Origin: a virus | IMG/VR virus record: IMGVR_UViG_3300037467_001462 | Span: 1 to 64,000 of that record | DNA length: 64,000 nt | Direction: 5' to 3' (one strand) | The notes under the pieces: generated by a model | Seen by the model: only the letters and a program-made list of their open reading frames with translations | Databases searched by the model: none | Told to the model about the DNA's origin: nothing | Shown here: one piece after another, positions 1-7,549 of the stretch | Position numbering within the stretch: position 1 is the stretch's first letter | Layout of the letters: each line of letters begins with the position of its first letter | Position numbers and translations under genes: made by a program

Positions 1-2
1 TG

Positions 3-1451
3 GTGAAGATCTCCCGCGATCTCGATGCGGAGTCGCAGAAGCGTGTTGAGGTGGCATTGCGTTCCGCGTGGGCTACCGGTCGTGCTGCCGCACACGCGGA
101 TTCGCCTACGAACATGCCGCCCGACGCCGCGGCGCTCGAACGCCTCATCGAGGACGTCAATCGCGCCATCTTCGATGTGAACCGCAACATCCCAACTGTC
201 GGCGAGAACATCTACCACCAGGTGATCAACGAGGCAGTCCGCGAAGAGTCCGACCTCAACCGCCGCAAGGCGATGGAACGCGCCCTGAGCAAGTTCGCTC
301 GCCGCGGTATCACTGGGTTCGTTGACAAACGCGGGCGACGGTATGACCTCGTCTCCTACGTGGAAACGGCTGTCCGCACAGCGATCACACACGCCGAAGT
401 CGAGGCATACACGCAACAGCTCGCAGCATCCGGGCACGACCTGATCATCGTCTCCGACGTCTCCGGAGCGTGCCCGTTATGCGTGCCATACGAAGGCAAG
501 GTCCTTTCGATCTCCGGCGCCACCATCGGAGCGATCTCCCGCGACACACGCACCGGACGCGCCATCAAGGTCGACGTACTGTGCTCGTTGGCAGCCGCCC
601 GCGAAGGCGGCCTGTTTCACCGCGGATGCCGGCACACGATTTCAGTGTGGACTCCGGATGATCCGTTGCCGCCGGCGGCTATTCGAACCACCGAGAAGGC
701 GCGCGCTGAGCGTCGCCAACAACTGATCGACATCCGCAAGGCCCGCATGGACCGCCGTGTCGCTGCCGCAGTGGGCGAGAACGCGCGGCCCCGCGTCGTG
801 GCATCAACACCAGGCGGCGGTAAAGCGGATAAGCCCGCGACGGTGACACGCCTGAACCCTCCTCCGATACCACCCACACCGGGCGGACATGGCGGGGGAG
901 GCGATGATGGTGGGGACGATTTCGACCGGATCCCGATCGCGAACATCCACAACGACCTGTCGAAACTCACCCAAGACGAACGGGACACGCTGGAGAGCTA
1001 TCTACTGCAACCCGATTTCGTCAACAAGACCCTACGCGGCCAGAAAGCGCCAACACCATTCACGACAGGCGCTATCAAGCAGATCCGGTCAGCGCTATCC
1101 AAGTATTCACTGCGGGAAACGGTGCGAGTCAGCCGCGAAATCGACGGCGACATCTATGGCATCACCAGCGAAGCTGGCGCTGCCAGCCTGGTCGGGAAAG
1201 TCCTCACCGAGCAAGGATTCATGTCGACGAGCATGGCCGCCGATCCGCCACGCAATCTGTCACGCAAGAACCCCGCGATTCTGGACCTTGTCGTCCCGGC
1301 TGGCACGCATGCTCTCGCTGTCGGCGAACTGGCAGAGTTCCCGCGAGAACGCGAGTTGCTGGTGATTGACGCTCGGCGCGTCCGCATCGTCGGGGTATCA
1401 TTCGACGAGAACAAACGTCAGTGGAGGCTTCGTGGATACGTCGTCGATTGA
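3..1451 (+). CDS. Minor capsid (MuF-type) protein with C-terminal VIP2/exoenzyme-like ADP-ribosyltransferase domain; 5' end probably outside the window
   Basis: N-terminal GITGFVDKRGRRY, CPLCVPYEGK and GLFHRGCRH motifs; Pro/Gly linker; C-terminal R...FMSTS...ERE ART motifs. Confidence 0.85.
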   Translation: MKISRDLDAESQKRVEVALRSAWATGRAAAHADSPTNMPPDAAALERLIEDVNRAIFDVNRNIPTVGENIYHQVINEAVREESDLNRRKAMERALSKFARRGITGFVDKRGRRYDLVSYVETAVRTAITHAEVEAYTQQLAASGHDLIIVSDVSGACPLCVPYEGKVLSISGATIGAISRDTRTGRAIKVDVLCSLAAAREGGLFHRGCRHTISVWTPDDPLPPAAIRTTEKARAERRQQLIDIRKARMDRRVAAAVGENARPRVVASTPGGGKADKPATVTRLNPPPIPPTPGGHGGGGDDGGDDFDRIPIANIHNDLSKLTQDERDTLESYLLQPDFVNKTLRGQKAPTPFTTGAIKQIRSALSKYSLRETVRVSREIDGDIYGITSEAGAASLVGKVLTEQGFMSTSMAADPPRNLSRKNPAILDLVVPAGTHALAVGELAEFPRERELLVIDARRVRIVGVSFDENKRQWRLRGYVVD

Positions 1452-1665
1452 GCAGTTCAACGCGCTGAGCCGCGCCGAGAAGCTCACCTACTGGCGTCTG
1501 CTCGCCGACCAGGATGAGGGGATGCCGAGTAGGCCGTCCCGGCGGGAGGCGCAAGCCTACCTGGATGAGGGGAAGACACCCCCTGTGCCTGGTCCTGGCC
1601 CGTATCGCACGATGTATACGTCGATGGGTTCCCCGATCGCCGAGTGGATCCCTGAATCTGTCTAG
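1432..1665 (+). CDS. Small protein, candidate immunity protein for the MuF-ART toxin
   Basis: GGAGG at 1423-1427 before GTG 1432; overlaps toxin stop; 77 aa. Confidence 0.5.
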   Translation: MDTSSIEQFNALSRAEKLTYWRLLADQDEGMPSRPSRREAQAYLDEGKTPPVPGPGPYRTMYTSMGSPIAEWIPESV

Positions 1666-1690
1666 TTCGTTTCGCGGGAAGTGTCCCGTT

Positions 1691-1761
1691 TCCTCCGTGG
1701 TGTAATGGCAACACGGCTGAGTTTGGTTCAGCTGTTCCAGGTCCGAGTCCTGGCGGAGGAG
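1691..1761 (+). tRNA. tRNA-Gln (anticodon TTG), no encoded CCA
   Basis: Acceptor TCCTCCG/CGGAGGA, D arm GTGT/ACAC, anticodon stem GCTGA/TCAGC with loop GT-TTG-GT, T arm CCAGG-TCCGAGT-CCTGG, discriminator G. Confidence 0.88.
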
Positions 1762-1894
1762 CTTCAATAATCGTCCCACTGTAGTGGGCTCTTTCAACCC
1801 CCGTTTCGGTTAATCCGGCGGGGGTTTCGTCATTTCAACACCCGTATGCCCTGGCGGCTGCGGGTGTTTCACCGTGCCCAGGAGGCGCAATCAT

Positions 1895-2641
1895 ATGGCC
1901 GACGAAGCCACCCCCCAGGAAACAACTGAAAACACCTCTGTCGAGGCGACGGCTGCGGCCGAAACGATCGACACCACTGCGGATGTCGGTGCCGATGTAC
2001 AGGGCACCGAACCCGCCTCGAAGGCTGCGGATTCCTCGAAGGACTCTGAGCGGCCTGCCGCCAAGTCGTATGACGAAGCGTATGTGAAGAAGCTCCGCGA
2101 CGAAGCCGCCGCTGCCCGCGTAAAGGGCAAAGAGGCAGCTGAGAAGGCTAGCCGTGAGGCTGCTGAGGCTGCGGAGAAAGCCCTGACCGAGAAGTGGGCC
2201 AAGGCCCTCGGACTCGTGAAGGACGACGAACCCGCCGACCCTGCCGAGCTTTTGAAGCAGGCGGAGGAGCGGGAAAAGCAGATCGCCGCTGAACGCGATT
2301 CTGCTGCTGAGCGTCTGCGCGCCTATGAGCGTAAGGACGCCATCACCAAGGCCGTGTCTTCGGCTGAGGGTGACCTCGAATCCATTCTCGATTCGCGCTC
2401 GATCAATTCCGCGATCGAGAAACTCGACACAAGCGCTGACGACTTCGCGACCCAGGTGGCCGCGATCGTCAAAGACGCTGTCGAAAAAAACCCGAAGCTC
2501 AAAAAGGTCGTCCAGGCGTCGGCCCCGCGAAGCGGCGGAGACCTCACAGGCGGCAATGCGGCACCTAAGCCGCGCGGCCCCCTTTCTGTCGACGACATCC
2601 GGCGCGCGAAACGCGAACAACGCGACCGCGACCGAATCTAA
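1895..2641 (+). CDS. Capsid scaffolding protein
   Basis: Acidic, Ala/Glu/Lys-rich helical protein with YVKKLRDEAA motif just before the capsid gene; AGGAGG RBS. Confidence 0.8.
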   Translation: MADEATPQETTENTSVEATAAAETIDTTADVGADVQGTEPASKAADSSKDSERPAAKSYDEAYVKKLRDEAAAARVKGKEAAEKASREAAEAAEKALTEKWAKALGLVKDDEPADPAELLKQAEEREKQIAAERDSAAERLRAYERKDAITKAVSSAEGDLESILDSRSINSAIEKLDTSADDFATQVAAIVKDAVEKNPKLKKVVQASAPRSGGDLTGGNAAPKPRGPLSVDDIRRAKREQRDRDRI

Positions 2642-2655
2642 TCTAGGAGCCAAAA

Positions 2656-3576
2656 TTGGCTAACACCTTCCTGACGCCTGACGTCATTGCCCGCCAGGTC
2701 CTGGCGAACCTCTACGAAAACCTGTGCATGGTGCCGCTGGTGTACACCGGCTACGCCAGCGAGTTCCAGGCGAAGGTCGGCGACACCGTCAACGTCCGCA
2801 AGCCCGCTGTGCTGACCGCGTCGCTGTTCGACCGCACCAACGGCATCCAGGTGCAGAACGCGACTGAGACCAGCGTGCCCGTCAAGCTGGACAAGATCGC
2901 CGATGTGTCGCTGGAGATCACCGACGAATCCGCTCTGCTGGAGCTGGAGTCGATGGACGCCCAGATCGCCACCCCGGCGGCTGAGGCTCTGGCCCAGTAC
3001 ATCGACCGCGCGATCATCGCCCACATCAAGGGCGCGACCACCGCTATCGCTGGTGTCACTCCGACCGGCCAGGAGTGGAACAAGCCCGAGGTCCTGATCG
3101 AGGCTGGCCGCCAGCTCGACATCAAGAACGTGCCCGGCATGAACCGCCACGCTGTCGTGGGCCCGACCACTCGTGCGAACTGGCTGAACAGCGACCTGAT
3201 CAAGAACGTGCACCAGTCGGGCAGCACCGACGCCCTGCGGCGTGGCTCGATCGGCGACAACCTGTTCGGGTTCGACACCTACATGACCCAGAACATCGTG
3301 CAGCCCGCCGGCTCCCCGACCACGGGCCAGCCCACCACTGAGGTTGGCCTCGCGTTCCACGACACCGCGTTCGCGTTCACTTCGGTGCCGCTGCCTCGCC
3401 CGCTGTCGCCCGGCACCCTGTACGCGATCGAGTCCTACAAGGGCATCAGCCTGCGTACCACGATCGACCGCGATCACGTCCACAAGCAGGACGTGATCAG
3501 CTTCGACGTGCTGTACGGCACCGCCACCCTGGACGCGAACCGCGCGGTTCTGCTGCGCGGCGCTCTCGCTTCCTAA
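2656..3576 (+). CDS. Major capsid protein (P22 coat-like/HK97 fold)
   Basis: 306 aa; MANTFLTP...GDTVNV N-terminus, FDVLYG C-terminus; strong codon bias. Confidence 0.88.
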   Translation: MANTFLTPDVIARQVLANLYENLCMVPLVYTGYASEFQAKVGDTVNVRKPAVLTASLFDRTNGIQVQNATETSVPVKLDKIADVSLEITDESALLELESMDAQIATPAAEALAQYIDRAIIAHIKGATTAIAGVTPTGQEWNKPEVLIEAGRQLDIKNVPGMNRHAVVGPTTRANWLNSDLIKNVHQSGSTDALRRGSIGDNLFGFDTYMTQNIVQPAGSPTTGQPTTEVGLAFHDTAFAFTSVPLPRPLSPGTLYAIESYKGISLRTTIDRDHVHKQDVISFDVLYGTATLDANRAVLLRGALAS

Positions 3577-3591
3577 TCCGCAATCCGTGAT

Positions 3592-3617
3592 CCCGGCAGC
3601 TATTGATGGCTGCCGGG
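3592..3617 (+). terminator. Hairpin after major capsid gene
   Basis: CCCGGCAGC/GCTGCCGGG inverted repeat. Confidence 0.5.
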
Positions 3618-3653
3618 TGATCGGTTGCGTCTCAATCTTTTTGGAGCAATCTA

Positions 3654-3929
3654 GTGCCCTACTTCTACAAGTATCTCGGCACCGATCAGGACTTGATCGT
3701 TGAATCTGGGGATCCGCGCCCGGATCTGCTGGAGTGGGCCTATTGGGCCGAAATCGACGCTCCCGCAACCAAACCTGAACCCGAGCCGGAACCTGAACCC
3801 GAGCCGGAACCTGAACCGGAGCCTGTTGAAGCTGCCCCGGAACCCGGGCCTGTCGACGAGGCGAAGCCCGCCCCGGCGAAGAAAGCCCCCACCAAGCGCG
3901 CCACCCCCGCCAAGAAGGCCGCGGAGTAA
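3654..3929 (+). CDS. Small virion-associated protein with (PE)n repeat and Lys/Ala tail
   Basis: GGAG RBS; tandem CCTGAACCCGAGCCGGAA repeats at about 3775-3822. Confidence 0.65.
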   Translation: MPYFYKYLGTDQDLIVESGDPRPDLLEWAYWAEIDAPATKPEPEPEPEPEPEPEPEPVEAAPEPGPVDEAKPAPAKKAPTKRATPAKKAAE

Positions 3930-3934
3930 CGGCC

Positions 3935-4351
3935 GTGCTCGTCTACGCCACTGTCGACGACCTCGCCGACTGGCTCACCGAACTCCCCGACGACGACCAA
4001 GCGAAAATCCTCATCCGCTACGCATCCCAACTGGTGCGCCGCGCCACCGCCAACGACATCTACGACACCTACCCGTCAGGGCTACCGGTCGACCTGGATA
4101 TCGCTGAAGCGCTGCGCGACGCCACCTGCGCACACGTGTCGATGTGGTTCCTCGCCGGCGTCAACCCTGCCGCAGGCGTTGTCGGCCGCGAAGTGCTCAT
4201 CAAGTCGCAGACCGCGGATGGTGGTTCCGTCACCTACGGGGACGGGGTCAGCGCTGAGGAGATCGAACGATCCCTCACTCGGTTGTCACCTGCCGCGCTG
4301 GCGATCCTCCGCAACGCTGGCTTGGCTTCAACGAGGCCGTGCACATGGTGA
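3935..4351 (+). CDS. Head-to-tail adaptor
   Basis: YATVDDL N-terminus, size, synteny. Confidence 0.75.
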   Translation: MLVYATVDDLADWLTELPDDDQAKILIRYASQLVRRATANDIYDTYPSGLPVDLDIAEALRDATCAHVSMWFLAGVNPAAGVVGREVLIKSQTADGGSVTYGDGVSAEEIERSLTRLSPAALAILRNAGLASTRPCTW

Positions 4352-4713
4352 ACTACCAGTCGCCGCGCTACACGCGCGGGATCATGCTCACCGTTGTCCG
4401 CCACACCGGCACCCGCAACTGGGAAGGCGACTACAGCGGCTCCGTGACCCGGCACAAGATCGGGCCATGTGACATCAAGTGGCTGTCGAACACCGAGGAC
4501 AACACCGACGGTGAGCAGTTCCAGAAGCTCGGGCAGGTGACTGCGCCCGAAGGTTCGGACGTGGTTGCCGCCGACGGCATCGAGCTACCGGATGGCCGCC
4601 TGTATGTGATCGATGGCGACGTGGACACGCCCCGCAACTCGTGGACGCATTGGACACCGGGGACACGGTTCCGTATCGCGAAGGACGCTGCCAGTGGAAT
4701 TCGACGGCAGTAA
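4345..4713 (+). CDS. Head-to-tail stopper
   Basis: About 122 aa beta-rich protein; synteny. Confidence 0.65.
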   Translation: MVNYQSPRYTRGIMLTVVRHTGTRNWEGDYSGSVTRHKIGPCDIKWLSNTEDNTDGEQFQKLGQVTAPEGSDVVAADGIELPDGRLYVIDGDVDTPRNSWTHWTPGTRFRIAKDAASGIRRQ

Positions 4714-4999
4714 CAACAATCTCGACGAATTCATGCGCACCAGCCGAGACCTGGAGCGGTTCGTGATGATGGTGGCCCAACAGGGCTGCGAGTACTGGAC
4801 CACACACTCAGTGGTGGACACCGGCTACAACGCCTCCCACGTCCAACCCGAAGTCCAGCGCGGTGAGGACGGAACCATCGAAGGTGTCGTCCACGCCACC
4901 GGCTACTACGCGAAATGGCGCGAAATCGGTTCCAGCCGTGCAGGACCGCGAGCACCGGAATGGGTGCTGCGTAGCTTCAAAGAGCAGATCGAGGGGTGA
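4694..4999 (+). CDS. HK97 gp10-like neck/tail component
   Basis: VVDTGY...YAKWREIGS motif; synteny. Confidence 0.65.
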   Translation: MEFDGSNNNLDEFMRTSRDLERFVMMVAQQGCEYWTTHSVVDTGYNASHVQPEVQRGEDGTIEGVVHATGYYAKWREIGSSRAGPRAPEWVLRSFKEQIEG

Positions 5000-5002
5000 G
5001 CG

Positions 5003-5380
5003 ATGGCTGTCATCCCTTACCCGAAGTTCGACGAAGTGATGCGCGCTCTGCTCGGCGATATCGCACCGGTTGTCACATTCGTTGACGACAACACGCCAAG
5101 GCCGTACATCAGGGTCACCCGTGTAGGTGGCGCCGAAGATGGGGTCGCGGACAATCCACTCATCTACACCGAGTACGTCGCCGAAACACGTGCCGCGTCC
5201 AAAGCCCTCGAAACCGCAGGGCAAGACCGGGTCCTGTTCGCCGGCAACACGGCTCCCGGCGGGTTTTTGATCGACACGGCCGAGGAACGCTCTGGCGGGG
5301 TTTTTCTGCCTCCGCATGATCGGGATGTGCGCGCTGTGAGCGCCACCTACCGGCTCTCCTATCGGCGCCCACGCGCCTAA
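5003..5380 (+). CDS. Tail terminator
   Basis: PYIRVTRVGG motif; immediately upstream of major tail gene. Confidence 0.75.
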   Translation: MAVIPYPKFDEVMRALLGDIAPVVTFVDDNTPRPYIRVTRVGGAEDGVADNPLIYTEYVAETRAASKALETAGQDRVLFAGNTAPGGFLIDTAEERSGGVFLPPHDRDVRAVSATYRLSYRRPRA

Positions 5381-5453
5381 TTCTCTTCTCCCTGCACGCC
5401 ACCCGGTCTCTACACGGCCGGGTTTCTGGGCGTGCCATCCAAAGGAAAACCTT

Positions 5454-6368
5454 ATGGCTGCTGTTACATACGAGCAGGTCGCGAACTGGAACCCGGCGCT
5501 GATCCGCCGCCCCAACAAGGGTTTCGTTCTGGTCGGCGACATCGACGTCGCGATCCCGACCGCCTTCACCAGCGGTGTCACCGCGGACTTCCAGGGACTC
5601 AGCGATTTCGCGTCGCTGGGCCTGATCGCCAAGGACGCCCCGCCTAGCTTCAAGCCCGACGTCAAAAGCAATGACGTCGAGTCCTGGGGTGCCCTGGAGG
5701 CAACCCGCACCGACATCCTCACCAAGGACCTGTCCGTGTCGTTCACGGCGCAGGAAACCAAGAAGGACACCCTCGCCCTCTACTCGGGCATCAGCCTGGA
5801 CTCGGTCACCGCTGACGCCACCACCGGCGAACTCCAGTGGAACGACCCCACCAGCCCCGAGACCCGCTACAACCGAATGATTTTCGGCATGGTCGACGGC
5901 TCCGGCGACGACCTGATCTACATCCTGAAGATCCTGCCGCGCGCCACCGTCACCGAGGTCGGCGAGCAGTCCTGGTCTCAGGAGCAGGCTCTGGCCTACA
6001 ACATGACCGTCAAGGCCAAGATCGACCACGACCTCGGCTACTCGCTGAAGAACGTGATTTGCGGCCCCGGCGTCAAGAACCTGCTGGCCGACATGGGCTT
6101 TGAGTCTGTCGCCGCGGTTCCGTCGATCACCAGCTACGTCGGTGCGGCCACCATGGCGACTGCGGGCGGTACCAACATCGTCGCGAAGGGCCAGCACTTC
6201 ACCGGCACCACGGGCGTCACTGTCGGTGGCACCGCTGCGACCAGCTTCCTGGTCGTCTCCGACACCGAACTGTCGGTGGTCACCCCCGCGAAGACCGCTG
6301 GTTCTCAGAACCTGGTGGTCACCAACGCGACCGGCGCCAGCTCGCCGTTCGCCCTGACCTACGCGTAG
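5454..6368 (+). CDS. Major tail protein with C-terminal Ig-like (IPT/TIG) domain
   Basis: DVESWG...TRTDI motif; C-terminal G.HFTG..GVTVGG...VVSDTEL..VTP Ig pattern. Confidence 0.88.
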   Translation: MAAVTYEQVANWNPALIRRPNKGFVLVGDIDVAIPTAFTSGVTADFQGLSDFASLGLIAKDAPPSFKPDVKSNDVESWGALEATRTDILTKDLSVSFTAQETKKDTLALYSGISLDSVTADATTGELQWNDPTSPETRYNRMIFGMVDGSGDDLIYILKILPRATVTEVGEQSWSQEQALAYNMTVKAKIDHDLGYSLKNVICGPGVKNLLADMGFESVAAVPSITSYVGAATMATAGGTNIVAKGQHFTGTTGVTVGGTAATSFLVVSDTELSVVTPAKTAGSQNLVVTNATGASSPFALTYA

Positions 6369-6383
6369 GTCCCCTGATCGCCG

Positions 6384-6414
6384 CCCCGCACGTGATTCCT
6401 GGCCGCGTGCGGGG
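6384..6414 (+). terminator. Hairpin after major tail gene
   Basis: CCCCGCACG/CGTGCGGGG. Confidence 0.45.
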
Positions 6415-6465
6415 ACGGCACCTAACCCCCATTCTTCGCCAGGCCAGTCCGCCAGGAGAACACCC

Positions 6466-6663
6466 ATGGCATTCGAACCAGTTCGCATGGTCGCCCCGAG
6501 TGGCCGCGAAATCCTCGTCGGCTCCCCGGTCGAGCGTGAAGACCTCATCCACCGCGGCTACCGCGTCGTAGCCGACGAGAAACCCGCTACCAAGCCTGCC
6601 TCGGTCAAGTCGCCGGAGCCGAAGCCGGCCGCGAAGCGCGCCGAAGCGGACGACAAGAAGTAA
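6466..6663 (+). CDS. Small hypothetical tail-region protein
   Basis: CCAGGAG RBS; 65 aa. Confidence 0.65.
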   Translation: MAFEPVRMVAPSGREILVGSPVEREDLIHRGYRVVADEKPATKPASVKSPEPKPAAKRAEADDKK

Positions 6664-6689
6664 CCCCACCCCTCTGCCAGGAGACCCCC

Positions 6690-7079
6690 ATGGCTACTGC
6701 CAACACCCGCACCAAGACCGCCCCGGCTGCTGCGAAGAAGTCCCGTTACGCCGCATTGCGTGATCAGGCGCGCGCACGGCACAAGGCAATCACGCCCTAC
6801 ATGTTCGACGGCACCGAGCCGCCGACCCCTATCACGGCGCCCGAAACCATCGAACGGGCAACCGCTCTCGCGGAACTGCTCGACAACGATGGCCACTTCG
6901 AATACCAGTCCATCAAACGACTGTTCGCGACCGTATGTGGCGACGCTTTCGACGCGGTCTGGCCCGTCATCAAGGACGAGCCGGCCGAACTGCTGCTGAT
7001 GCTGATCAACGACATCAACACTCACTTCGACAACCCGGTCCCGGGTGACGAAGGAGCTGATCTGCCGGGGGGCGAGTAG
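6690..7079 (+). CDS. Tail assembly chaperone (gpG)
   Basis: Between major tail and tape measure; ends in slippery G GGG GGC. Confidence 0.85.
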   Translation: MATANTRTKTAPAAAKKSRYAALRDQARARHKAITPYMFDGTEPPTPITAPETIERATALAELLDNDGHFEYQSIKRLFATVCGDAFDAVWPVIKDEPAELLLMLINDINTHFDNPVPGDEGADLPGGE

Positions 7080-7528
7080 CCCTCGTAGTCCTCATCGAGG
7101 AATACGGGGAAGACATCGAATACGACCTCCAGAACGAACTGGGGGTCGACCTCCTCGACTTCTACCGCGGCACACGACCGTGGCAGCAGTTATATCGGTT
7201 TCTGCGGCGCTTGCCCGCGCACGGCTGGTATCAGACCGCGCTGGCGATGGACGAAGAACTCGGGTGGGAGCGGGCGCAGAAACCGCTGCCCGACAGTGTT
7301 TCTGAGGCGCCGACGCCGCTCGGCTATTCGCTGCCTGTTCTGCTGATGCTTCGGCAGATCGACTTGCAGAAAGAACTGCTGCGGATTCTGCCCGCCGTGT
7401 TCGGCGGAAAACTCGGCCCGCCATTGCCGCCCGAGCCGCGCCCGCAAACCGCTGAACAACGGTTCCGGGACATCAAAGACAAGATCGAAACCTACGACGC
7501 TATCGCCGCGCTCGGGGTCAAAACCTAA
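6690..7528 (+). CDS. Tail assembly chaperone -1 frameshift product (gpGT)
   Basis: The -1 frame is open from the slip site (RVALVVLIEEYGEDIEYDL...) to TAA at 7528. Confidence 0.8.
7067..7073 (+). other. Programmed -1 frameshift slippery heptamer G GGG GGC
   Basis: X XXY YYZ pattern in frame, just before the gpG stop. Confidence 0.75.
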
Positions 7529-7549
7529 CTCCATAGAGGCGGTGGTCGC

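Noticed and set aside
1691-1761. tRNA as attachment site
   Set aside because: Lies in the head operon 30 kb from int; a better att candidate with arm repeats is adjacent to int
3775-3822. Tandem 18-bp repeats as a CRISPR array or regulatory VNTR
   Set aside because: In-frame (PE)n coding repeat with no spacers
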